Below are positions 20,444-29,390 of a DNA stretch of 32,000 nt, piece after piece. Below the pieces are notes generated by a model, which saw only the letters and a program-made list of their open reading frames with translations, had not been told where the DNA came from and made no database searches. The stretch comes from Xylella taiwanensis (GTDB lineage Bacteria > Pseudomonadota > Gammaproteobacteria > Xanthomonadales > Xanthomonadaceae): assembly GCF_013177435.1 (NCBI RefSeq), contig NZ_CP053627.1, positions 1,740,001 through 1,772,000 on the forward strand. The letters run 5' to 3'. The position numbers were made by a program, and so were the translations under genes. Numbering within the stretch: position 1 is the first letter of the stretch; each line of letters begins with the position of its first letter.

Positions 20444-20819
20444 TTATAAAACAGCCGATACAATCTTCCGAACAGCAATATAAAGATAGCAAGATATCCT
20501 CTTGGTGATACCAGCTTGGAATATTTCCACTTTTTTAAAGGCTCTTACATCCCTCAATCCTGGAAAATTGGATCTCCATACAATTAATTGCAAGTATCTT
20601 GACTTGAATGATATTGGAATGACAGAAACTCGACAAAGCATTTTTTAGTAAAACAAGATTTTCATTTTCGATTGATATTCCACCAAAGATGTTGACGCAT
20701 GTCTTATTAGGCAAACAATTATGGTCTACACAATAATAAGTAATGAAGTGTGAAAGCAGGTCGAAGGGGAGATGCATAATAAAGCAGTTAACCACCACTG
20801 ACTTCTCCAGACAATGCAA
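20444..20819 (-). pseudogene. Frameshifted ORF with leucine-rich-repeat-like periodicity
   Basis: ORFs 20535..20819 and 20444..20641 overlap in different frames. The stop of the first lies inside a T3A6 homopolymer (20531-20539 on +). Removing one T would read ...ALSSFCHSNIIQVKILAINCMEIQFSRIEGCKSLKKVEIFQAGITKRISCYLYIAV... The 'F..C.s....v.I ... I...F.GCKSLKKVEI' spacing of about 25 aa resembles BspA-type LRRs. This rests on pattern recognition only. Confidence 0.3.
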
Positions 20820-21192
20820 TGTACGTATACATCTTAAGTAGGTCGATTTTCATAGAAAATATCGTCCTTAGCACACCATGTACACGTCACGTTTCCCAAT
20901 AATGGCAAAACGTCGTCGAGACGCACCTCCGACTTGCCACGGCAAACCAAACGGACATTCAACACGTCACGATCAACTGAACAATTGTGGAAGCAGGCCA
21001 GCATACAACTGGGATATCAAAACCGACTGAGCATTAACGTGCTTCTGGTCATCGACATTTCGGATAAGTCATTGTGATTTGCTCACCGCAGTACCGTCCT
21101 CAGGACATTTGGTATGCACAGAATCTCGCGACCCACCACCTGAAAAACCCTCATTGCCAACAAGAGTCAAGGCTCCACCGTCGGGGGATATA

Positions 21193-21621
21193 TCACACGC
21201 ACCATGTGATCGAACATTTATGAAACCACATCAAGCATTTTCTTAAAATCTTCATGAATGACGGCAACCGCGTTAACAGCGATCTTATATTCGCTTCACT
21301 TTCTTGTGGTTTTAAACCTATGAATGAAAATGTAAACACAACGTGGATTTCATCGTAATCAATGTACGAATCACATCAGACTTTAGCTTGGAACTGACCG
21401 AGCAATTGAATACAGAAATAACAAATGAAAGCGTGAAGACACTTGGCATATCCGATAAGACGTGCGCTCGAACGAAGTTCATCACACCATCCAGTGAGCG
21501 GATGAACAGATAGCCATGAAAAAAGCGACTTACATAAAAATCCGACTGATAAGGTCAACAATACTTCGGTATCTAGCGTGATCATCTCCTGAGTCATCCG
21601 TGACAACGCATCATGGATCAT
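21193..21621 (-). pseudogene. Reading frame interrupted by a single in-frame TGA
   Basis: The 81-aa ORF 21376..21621 ends at TGA (21376-78). The same frame then stays open for a further 60 codons (CDSYIDYDEIHVVFTFSFIGLKPQESEANIRSLLTRLPSFMKILRKCLMWFHKCSITWCV*), which is unusual in AT-rich DNA. I recognise no homology. Confidence 0.3.
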
Positions 21622-21683
21622 CTCTTGCTCTGAGACAACATTGACATCCAGTCACACTGCAGCAATGGACCAACGGTCAAACG

Positions 21684-21711
21684 GCAATGAGCAATGAGAA
21701 ATGAGCAACGA
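21684..21711. repeat. Imperfect heptamer tandem array GCAATGA GCAATGA GAAATGA GCAACGA
   Basis: Read directly from the sequence. It lies just upstream of, and overlapping, the first possible start (21694) of the ArsR-methyltransferase ORF. Confidence 0.75.
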
Positions 21712-21762
21712 TTCAATAGAGCGATACGATTGACCCAGACGGACCGTGAAACGAAAATATCT

Positions 21763-22716
21763 ATGTATCGCGATATAGACACATTTATGGACTTGGAAGA
21801 CTGGTCGTCACGCATCAAGGTCTTCGCCGACGCCACCCGCGTCCGCCTGCTGACGCTCCTGGAACAAGAAGAATTGACTGTCGCCGAATTGTCAGCAATC
21901 ACGCGACTGGCACAACCACGTGTCTCTACTCACTTGGCCAAACTTAAAGAGGCCGGTTTGGTCCGTGACCGCCGCGCGGGTGTATCCGCTTACTACCGCT
22001 TTGAAGAGTCTACGTTGGATGCAGCCCAACGCGCACTTTGGTATGCCTTAAGCACAGGCAGCAATGATCCACTGTTACGCCAAGACGCTGAAGGAGTCGC
22101 GAACGTGTTGGCAATGCGCGCCGCAGAACAAAACTGGGCCGATTCTGTCGCTGGCGACATGGAGCGCCACTATTCTCCAGGCCGCACCTGGGAAGCGCTG
22201 GCACGTACTGCACTGCCGCTGCTAGAAACCGGCGATGTACTGGACATTGCTTCCGGTGACGGCGTATTGGCCAAATTAATGGCACCGCACTCACGCCGTT
22301 ACGTCTGCATCGATACCAGCGCGCGAGTGGTTGCCACCACAAGTGAGCGGCTGCGTAAGCTCGATAACGTCGAGGTACGCGAAGGTGACATGCACGCCCT
22401 GCCATTTTCTGACGCCAGCTTCGACCTGGTCGTACTAATGCATGCCCTCACCTACACGACTCAGCCAGCACAGGCAGTAGCTGAAGGTGCCCGCGTACTA
22501 CGGAGTGGCGGACGGATGCTGCTTTGCTCACTGGCCAGCCACGAACATCATTCAGTGGTCAATGCCTATGGTCATGTCAATCTGGGTTTCAATGCCAAGG
22601 CACTGCGGAAGTTCGTTAAGAAAGCCGGGTTAACAGTCTCCAGCCTGGAGACTGTCACCCGTGAAAAACGTCCACCGCACTTCGAGGTGATCTCTCTGAT
22701 CGCCCACCGCCCTTGA
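21763..22716 (+). CDS. ArsR/SmtB-family HTH regulator fused to a class I SAM-dependent methyltransferase
   Basis: The N-terminal winged-helix region is typical of ArsR: FADATRVRLLTLLEQEELTVAELSAITRLAQPRVSTHLAKLKEAGLVRDRRAGVSAYYRF. The C-terminal half has the SAM-binding motif I (VLDIASGDGVLA) and the 'methyltransferase type 11' pattern (VREGDMHALPFSDASFDLVVLMHAL). The start is uncertain (ATG at 21694, 21763 or 21787). Confidence 0.9.
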   Translation: MYRDIDTFMDLEDWSSRIKVFADATRVRLLTLLEQEELTVAELSAITRLAQPRVSTHLAKLKEAGLVRDRRAGVSAYYRFEESTLDAAQRALWYALSTGSNDPLLRQDAEGVANVLAMRAAEQNWADSVAGDMERHYSPGRTWEALARTALPLLETGDVLDIASGDGVLAKLMAPHSRRYVCIDTSARVVATTSERLRKLDNVEVREGDMHALPFSDASFDLVVLMHALTYTTQPAQAVAEGARVLRSGGRMLLCSLASHEHHSVVNAYGHVNLGFNAKALRKFVKKAGLTVSSLETVTREKRPPHFEVISLIAHRP

Positions 22717-23422
22717 AAAATATCCAAGCATCATCCCTGCTGTGGTTGTCATCATATCCATCGATACCAGAAACGCTGCTGATCGAATGCTATAAACAGT
22801 GTCCAAACTACCACGCACAACACGGCACCAAAATAATTGGATACGTTGAGAATATTGCGGAACGTAAACAATCTATCGTTCTGTTTTTCGTGCAATTCGG
22901 ATACTCAATACATTGACTCATTTCCAACAGCTTGAGAACCCACTTTAGCTACCTGACACCGCCACACACCTAGTGCTCAAAAACAACATGGCTTCCGACT
23001 CACGGGTACCGGCGTTACGAATCCAATGCTGATCAATGACACCAACAAGCATTTTCACCACTCTCCCAACATAGATGCAGAATCGCTCAAGGTATGCCTG
23101 CGAATGCGGAAATGGTTTCTGTCGCCCATCAGTAAAATCGCGTCCATATGACTGCTTACCAACCACCATTGTGACCAGAACTGTGTTCCTGACAACGTCA
23201 TAGTCACCAGAATGGCACGAGGAACACTGGACAACAGCGCCTCAAGAACCTACGGAGATTTTCATTGAAAGTCATTGACACACCGATCCAACAAGTGGAA
23301 CCAAGCCCCCCGTCCTTGCACAGATATTCCTGCATAGAAGAGACATCCAAAAAAGGAGCGCAAACAAGCCAACAACTACACCTGACAAATGTTGCTCTGC
23401 TCTTAAAATGACAGTGTTAACC

Positions 23423-24625
23423 TCACTTCGCCAAGACGACGTTGAGCACCTCATGACAAGCCCCCATCGTGTGATAATCGGTCTTGCCAGCCGGGCTCTT
23501 CTCGTCGCTGTACTTGCGATTGTCGGCATCAAGGATGCGATACCAAGCACCATAGCGATGATCAATCATGTGCTGCCAAGCATACGCCCACAATCTGTCG
23601 TACCACTGCCAGTAACGCGCTTCACCGGTACGCGTGGCCAACAACGCAGCAGCAGCTAACGACTCAGCCTGCACCCAGAAATACTTATCGTCATCGCAGA
23701 TCGTACCGTCCGGAGCAAACCCATAACACAAGCCCCCACGTACAGCATCCCACGAACGCGCCACCGCAACATCAAATAAGTGCCGCGCCATCGAAACCAA
23801 CCACTCAACCTGGGTATAGCGATCCAAGATCACCAGCAACTTAGCCCATTCGGTCTGGTGTCCTGGCTGGAATCCCCATGGACGGAATAAATGCTTGGGA
23901 TTGTCACGGTTATAATCCCAATCCACTTCCCAGCGCATATTGTAATGCTCCCACACCAAGCCATCCGCTTTAGCCGCCTGACGGCGCGTCATACGATCAG
24001 CAAGCCCTAGCGCACGCTCCAGATAACGCTGCTCACCACTGGCCTCATAAGCCGCCAGCATCGCCTCGCACATATGCATGTTGGCATTCTGTCCACGATA
24101 ACCGGTGAAATGCCACTGCGCATCAGCCTCATCCTTGTACAGGCCATACTCTGCATCCCAAAAATGCTGTTCCAACAGGCGCCACGTTTCATCCATCCAT
24201 CCCCGCGCCTGCTCGATACCCACCTTCAGTCCGCAAGAATACGCCAGCATCACGAACGCCAGACCGTAGCAATGGTTCGTGTCGTCTTCAACCCGACCGT
24301 CGCAAAGCGTCCAAACATAACCACCAGTCACTGCATTGCGATGCACATCGCGCAAGTAAATCAAGCCATGATGGACCACATCCAGATACTCAGCGGTGCC
24401 AAATTCCAGATAAGCCATCGCGTAATTAAAAACGAAACGTGTACTACTGACCAAGTGACGATGACCAGCGTTATAGACACTGCCATCGTCGCGAAAATAG
24501 TGGAAAAAGCCCCCGGCCGGATCGATACAACGGGGGTGATAAAACGCCATCGTGTCGCTGATGTGGGTGCGTAGGAAATTCGCTGAACGGAAATCTGGAA
24601 CAGGAGTTGCAGGTAATGGAGTCAT
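23423..24625 (-). CDS. AGE-family (N-acylglucosamine 2-epimerase superfamily) sugar epimerase/isomerase
   Basis: 400 aa. The (alpha/alpha)6-barrel AGE-family features run throughout (DPAGGFFHYFRDDGSVYNAGHRHLVSSTRFVFNYA...HCYGLAFVMLAY...GQNANMHMCEAMLAAYE...FRPWGFQPGHQTEWAKLL...YFWVQAESLAAAALL). Its ATG overlaps the kinase stop (ATGA at 24622-24625). Confidence 0.88.
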   Translation of the reverse strand: MTPLPATPVPDFRSANFLRTHISDTMAFYHPRCIDPAGGFFHYFRDDGSVYNAGHRHLVSSTRFVFNYAMAYLEFGTAEYLDVVHHGLIYLRDVHRNAVTGGYVWTLCDGRVEDDTNHCYGLAFVMLAYSCGLKVGIEQARGWMDETWRLLEQHFWDAEYGLYKDEADAQWHFTGYRGQNANMHMCEAMLAAYEASGEQRYLERALGLADRMTRRQAAKADGLVWEHYNMRWEVDWDYNRDNPKHLFRPWGFQPGHQTEWAKLLVILDRYTQVEWLVSMARHLFDVAVARSWDAVRGGLCYGFAPDGTICDDDKYFWVQAESLAAAALLATRTGEARYWQWYDRLWAYAWQHMIDHRYGAWYRILDADNRKYSDEKSPAGKTDYHTMGACHEVLNVVLAK

Positions 24626-25638
24626 GGTTGCTCTTGAATCAAGGAAAGAACCTCAGAAAGCATCGGCATCGCGGTGAAAGCCCCGTGACGTGTCACAGCA
24701 AGTGCACCCACTGCAGCAGCAAAACGCAGCGTGCTCGTAATCAACTCGGGAGCGTCGCAGAAATCAGCCAGCGCGGCAGCACCATCAAGCTGCTGTGCAA
24801 ACTTGTACAACAGGCCTCCAACGAAAGCATCGCCAGCCGCATTACTGTCCTGTACCTGGACACGGAATGTCGGTACCTGACCGACTCGGGTACGCGTGTA
24901 CCAATGCACCGGACCACCTGCATCAGTCACCAACAGTAACTGTGCCCTGCCCTGCCACAATCGCTGAATGACCGCATTGGCATCAGCAACGAGCGTACTT
25001 GCTAAGTAATCTAGTTCTTCACGCGAGAGCTTGACCACATCAGCTAAAGACAAACCTTCCCACAGCCGCGATGCCGGATTCTCCCCATCCGGCCATAGCA
25101 TCGGACGCAAGTTAAGGTCAAAGCTGACGATTGCTCCGGCGACCTGTGCACGCCGCATCCCTTCGAAAGTAACCTCGGCAATGTCTGTATCAGTCATGCT
25201 GTTGGAACACACATGGAATATCAGTGCAGCAGAAAAACTCGCATCTTGAAAATGCTCAGCGCGGAATAATAAGTCAGCCGCTGGCGGCCTATAAAAACTG
25301 AAGCTACGTTCGCCATGCGTATCCAGCGCCACGAAGGCCAACGCAGTCTTCGCCGCGCCAGTACGGACAATGCCATCAGTCGCCACACCTGCCTTCGCCA
25401 AGCTATCAAATAAAAAGTCACCAAACATGTCGGTGCCAAGCATGCCAAGAAACTGTACCGCTCCTCCTAACTTAGCAACCGCAACCGCAACGTTAGCCGG
25501 TGCACCACCGGCGAATTGCAGAAAAGCACACGGCACATCCGCAATTTCCGGGGACTGCGCCAACATATCGATCAATGCTTCACCGAAACAAAGAATGGTG
25601 TTCTTTTTGGACATAGGAGTAGACCCGACGACACTCAC
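24622..25638 (-). CDS. PfkB-family carbohydrate kinase, fructokinase-like
   Basis: The N-terminus ILCFGEALIDML, the GG motif (FAGGAPANVAVA) and the C-terminal PfkB signature (DSNAAGDAFVGGLL) are all present. The ORF track start is a GTG at 25638 forming a GTGA overlap with the transporter stop; an alternative ATG is at 25614. Confidence 0.9.
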   Translation of the reverse strand: MSVVGSTPMSKKNTILCFGEALIDMLAQSPEIADVPCAFLQFAGGAPANVAVAVAKLGGAVQFLGMLGTDMFGDFLFDSLAKAGVATDGIVRTGAAKTALAFVALDTHGERSFSFYRPPAADLLFRAEHFQDASFSAALIFHVCSNSMTDTDIAEVTFEGMRRAQVAGAIVSFDLNLRPMLWPDGENPASRLWEGLSLADVVKLSREELDYLASTLVADANAVIQRLWQGRAQLLLVTDAGGPVHWYTRTRVGQVPTFRVQVQDSNAAGDAFVGGLLYKFAQQLDGAAALADFCDAPELITSTLRFAAAVGALAVTRHGAFTAMPMLSEVLSLIQEQP

Positions 25639-26915
25639 GACCGACTCTCAGCCAGCACACCACGGATACGCGAACCCCATATCCCGTAGAACACGATGTA
25701 GAGATAGCAAAACAGCGGCAGCAAGAACGACACCTGCAAACCAACATGATCGGCCAACATGCCCTGCAAGTACGGCACCACCGCACCACCAACGATAGCC
25801 ATAATCATCAAACTCGAGGCACGTCCCGTCAGCGACCCAAGACGCTCAATGCCCAAAGTAAAAATGGTTGGAAACATGATCGAGTTGAATAAACCGATAG
25901 CGACCAGCGTATATACCACCGTCATGCCGCTCATCGCTACGCTGGCACCAAGAATCCCTGCATTGATCAACGCAAACAACGCCAACAACCTACGTGGCTG
26001 GAACAACGCCAGCAAGGCAGAACCAGCGAAGCGGCCAACCATCGCCAATGTCCAGTAAACACTGACGTAGTGCGTAGCCTGCTGTTCGCTAAAACCACCA
26101 ATGTGCGGCATCGAGAAGTAACTGACCATCAAGCTACCAATGGCCACCTCTGCACCGACATAACAAAAGATCGCCAATACACCAAACATCACGTGTGGAT
26201 AACGCAATGCCTCAGCAAAAGTGTAGTGATGCCCCTGATCGTTTTGTTCGATAGATTCCTTTAAGGTGGGCAACCGGAACAGAAATACCATCACAGCCAA
26301 CAGTGCCAGCACCAAAGTCAGCGCGAGGTAAGGCCCTTGCACTGATTGCGCTTCCTGAGCCCGATAGGCCAATTGCTCAACCGGAGACAACGTATTCAAT
26401 TGATCTGCACTCTTCACCTTACTAGACAGAATCAGCCAGCCACCGAACAGCGGAGCGATTGCAGTCCCTAACGAATTAAACGCCTGAGCTAATGTCAACC
26501 TGGCAGACGCCGTACGCTGCGAACCCAGCAAAGAAACGAACGGATTAGCAGCGACTTGCAACACAGTGATACCAGTGGCCAGTACAAACAACGCACTGAG
26601 GAATGCCCCATACACACGCATTTCTGCTGCCGGCCAAAAACCGAACGTACCGATCGCAGCGATCAGCAAACCAGCAACGATGCCATTCTTGTAACCCAGC
26701 CGCGCCACTAGGTACTCAGCCGGTAATGACATCAAAAAATAAGCACCAAAGAAAGTGAACTGCACTAACATTGCTTGCGCAAAATTAAGCTCGAACACCG
26801 CCTTCAGGTGTGGGATCAAAATATCGTTGAGGCATGTCAAAAATCCCCACATAAAAAAAATCGTAGTAGCCACCACCATGGCAACATTGTTATTGACAGT
26901 CTTATTGGAAGTCAT
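25635..26915 (-). CDS. MFS sugar:H+ symporter of the FucP/GluP (fucose / glucose-galactose) family
   Basis: A 12-TM protein carrying the family hallmark FFMWGFLTCLNDILIPHLK near the N-terminus. The first ATG is at 26915 (MTSNKTVNNNVAMVVATTIFF...). The ORF track extends further upstream, to 26954. Confidence 0.9.
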   Translation of the reverse strand: MTSNKTVNNNVAMVVATTIFFMWGFLTCLNDILIPHLKAVFELNFAQAMLVQFTFFGAYFLMSLPAEYLVARLGYKNGIVAGLLIAAIGTFGFWPAAEMRVYGAFLSALFVLATGITVLQVAANPFVSLLGSQRTASARLTLAQAFNSLGTAIAPLFGGWLILSSKVKSADQLNTLSPVEQLAYRAQEAQSVQGPYLALTLVLALLAVMVFLFRLPTLKESIEQNDQGHHYTFAEALRYPHVMFGVLAIFCYVGAEVAIGSLMVSYFSMPHIGGFSEQQATHYVSVYWTLAMVGRFAGSALLALFQPRRLLALFALINAGILGASVAMSGMTVVYTLVAIGLFNSIMFPTIFTLGIERLGSLTGRASSLMIMAIVGGAVVPYLQGMLADHVGLQVSFLLPLFCYLYIVFYGIWGSRIRGVLAESRS

Positions 26916-28717
26916 TGAGTGAAAGTAAGCTGGGGAGAAAGAGAGAAAAAGCACTCATGCGCTACAAACAGAGTGGACACACTGCTTAGGAAGTCAATCG
27001 ACAACGACCGGCAACCGAAATACACGTTGCTCTGTAGAACATTCGGCTCGCACACGATAAAACAGCGGCAAACGCCACTTCCAGTACAACAGCCAACACC
27101 TATAGTCACTGCGTCTTCCGGTCTGCATATCAATGCAGCTCTATCGCAATCGAGACATGCCGTGATATGCATCCCATTATCTCCGGATGACCGGTGCCGA
27201 CGAATGCAGACACAATACCAACTGAATCTCAGCCAGCACACGGATATCACCGACACGACGTTGGTAATAGGCAAGAAAATCGACATCGATATCGAAAAAG
27301 ATACGGCAGGGCAGATAGGAGATGATGGTGTAAACGTCACGCTAATAACTCACCTTGGCATTGCCCCCAAGCCGATACGAAAACAACGACCCGCAAACAG
27401 CCACACAGCAAGAACCACACACTGTCATTCGACACATAACACGACCTGGAAGATGGCTGGCACATCATAGGTTCGTTACCCAACCAGAAAACATAAAGGA
27501 ATCGGGACACCACATCATCACATCCGGCGCTATCAGCATGTCATCACTCTCATCAGGCCGATCACCCATCTGCTTTATATGACACACTGCACTATCTCCA
27601 CCATTAAGATGTATTGACACCGAAACAACACCCGATGGAGACATTCGCACCGTTTTCTCTGAAACCTCAACACAGCCATGTGTCTATCGCTCATTCGAGA
27701 TCACCGATCCCATGCGGTACATGAGGAGAATGGTTACACAGATGGGCGCCTCCCAAGGACTTAAGGAACTTACATACCGTCTCGCTTCTAAGCAACGGTA
27801 CTTACAACATCTTTTTCCCAACAGGCATCACAATATGCACATCACGTGCATCAAGCAGACACAGCAAGAGCAGCGTCAAAACAACACAACGCTGTATCGC
27901 TGTATATGTTGCTGCCTATCTAACAAACACTGCCGCCTGACAATACAAAGCCTCCATCGTCCCAGCAGGGACAACACATCGCTTGGCCGCGCGCACTAGA
28001 CAAGCTTCTCAATACCACACGCAGTAATGACGCGATCCCAGTGACCCCGTATCTTGGCATGCATACAACTGCCCACCGCATACAGAGGCACCTCCAAACC
28101 AACTTACTTTGGCGAGAAGCACTTCAACATCTCCGTATATATCAATGCCCACGAATCACCATAACAATGACTAGGATCCCGCATGGCGTGCCAGCCAATA
28201 TGCTGGATACACCACATGAGAAACTGAGCATTGAGTATTGATGCGTCTCATCAACTCTCCATACGAAGAGGCTGAGCGACTCATACATATACAATATGGA
28301 CAAAGGTTCAATGACTGCTGTTACTAAAATTGAACGAGATACAACACAACGTCCTGACGAACAAAGCGAAGACATCCAATGAAATGTGAAATCGTCATTA
28401 TCTAAACAAGACAATATGAGTTAGTCAAAGTGGGCAAAGCAGCGCATTCGGTCTTAACACCGATTCCACTGAATAAGGAATTCAAAAATATACAACGCTG
28501 CGAAACAGTGTCCGCCATCAGACCACCAAGACTGACTTGCCAAGTCATAAGACATGACCGACAGACAATACTCATTGTGAAGTCAGAAACGACGAAAAAC
28601 ACGCCTGAACACCTGTGAAGCCATCAAGGATCTGAAGCATTATCCTTCACGGCATCTTCCGCATCCGTTGCTTGCCTGGATAAAGAAACGGGGTATCCAA
28701 AACGTTAAACGTAATAC

Positions 28718-29353
28718 TTACCACACCAAGTCGTCAGGCACTTGGTATTTCGGATCGGCATAGGAATCTCCCTGTTCCGGCACATTCGGATCGATTTTCA
28801 ATGCAATCGCAGGCGCAAACACCACCTCAACCTGCGCCAGCAACTCCGCAGTCACCAGCAAATAGCGGCCTTTAAGTTGAACCACGCCCAACTCACCCGC
28901 ATTAAGCGCTTTGAGTTGATCAGCAGTCACGTAGATGCGCTTGATCTTGCCTCCATAAGAAAAATAACGGGCAATATCAGCCTCAGGGTGATTAAGCACC
29001 TTATCCTTGACCAACGCTTCAAACCTCGTCTTGGCCTCCCACCGTTGGCGCGCAGCATCCTGCTTCAAGCGTTCGATCTCCATCTGCTCTGCCTTCTCAC
29101 GCTGGGCTCGGATCGCGTAAGCCTTGGCCAAGTCGATGTCCTCCTGAGAACGCAGCAAACGTCCTTGCGTCCGCTCACCGAAACTTGGCCTGTCGCTGGA
29201 ACTTGGTTGTGGACGCGCACCATACACACTCCCTGAGTTGCGCGACTTGGCATGCACAGGACGTCCCTTTCCCCCGGGACTGGATTTACTTTCTGGTTTG
29301 GGAGATGGCTTGAAACCCAAACCCACCAACTGGTCTCGAAAACTATCGCTCAT
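28718..29353 (-). CDS. DUF2058 (YaiL-like) protein
   Basis: The N-terminus is MSDSFRDQLVGLGFKPSPKP.... It has a basic/Ser-rich region, a charged coiled-coil (RAQREKAEQMEIERLKQDAARQRWEAK) and a conserved C-terminal block (YFSYGGKIKRIYVTADQLKALNAGELGVVQLKGRYLLV). This matches my memory of the DUF2058 family. Confidence 0.8.
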   Translation of the reverse strand: MSDSFRDQLVGLGFKPSPKPESKSSPGGKGRPVHAKSRNSGSVYGARPQPSSSDRPSFGERTQGRLLRSQEDIDLAKAYAIRAQREKAEQMEIERLKQDAARQRWEAKTRFEALVKDKVLNHPEADIARYFSYGGKIKRIYVTADQLKALNAGELGVVQLKGRYLLVTAELLAQVEVVFAPAIALKIDPNVPEQGDSYADPKYQVPDDLVW

Positions 29354-29390
29354 GATGGCAAGACAAAGGGAATTTAAGAAAAACCGACGA

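Larger units (their letters stand above)
20399..21650. other. AT-rich, ORF-broken island between the TetR and ArsR-family genes
   Basis: By eye, 20400-20880 is about one-third G+C, against about one-half in the flanking genes. It has long A/T runs and only short, mutually overlapping or interrupted reading frames on the - strand. Confidence 0.6.

Noticed and set aside
21376-21378. In-frame TGA as a possible selenocysteine or programmed read-through codon
   Set aside because: I saw no SECIS-like hairpin immediately downstream. The context is an AT-rich degenerate region with other broken frames, so a nonsense mutation is the simpler explanation.
22717-23422. Short ORFs in the convergent gap between the ArsR-methyltransferase and AGE genes (22713-22916 on +, 22945-23169 on -, and a 47-codon TTG-initiated hydrophobic frame ending near 22765)
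   Set aside because: There are no motifs, no good start context, and the frames overlap one another. They are treated as part of the general decay pattern rather than as genes.
24074-24574. 166-aa + strand ORF inside the AGE-family gene; similar antisense ORFs at 25370-25798, 25759-26058, 2342-2731, 2479-2841, 5245-5676, 7152-7511 and 10611-10928
   Set aside because: All are antisense to genes with strong family signatures, and none has a motif or a plausible ribosome-binding site.
26912-27470. Overlapping 142-aa (-) and 183-aa (+) ORFs at the start of the 1.8-kb gap
   Set aside because: They overlap each other almost completely. The - strand ORF also overlaps the transporter start. Both products are Cys/Ser/Thr/His-rich without motifs, so I cannot support either as a CDS. 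The region is reported as a finding instead.
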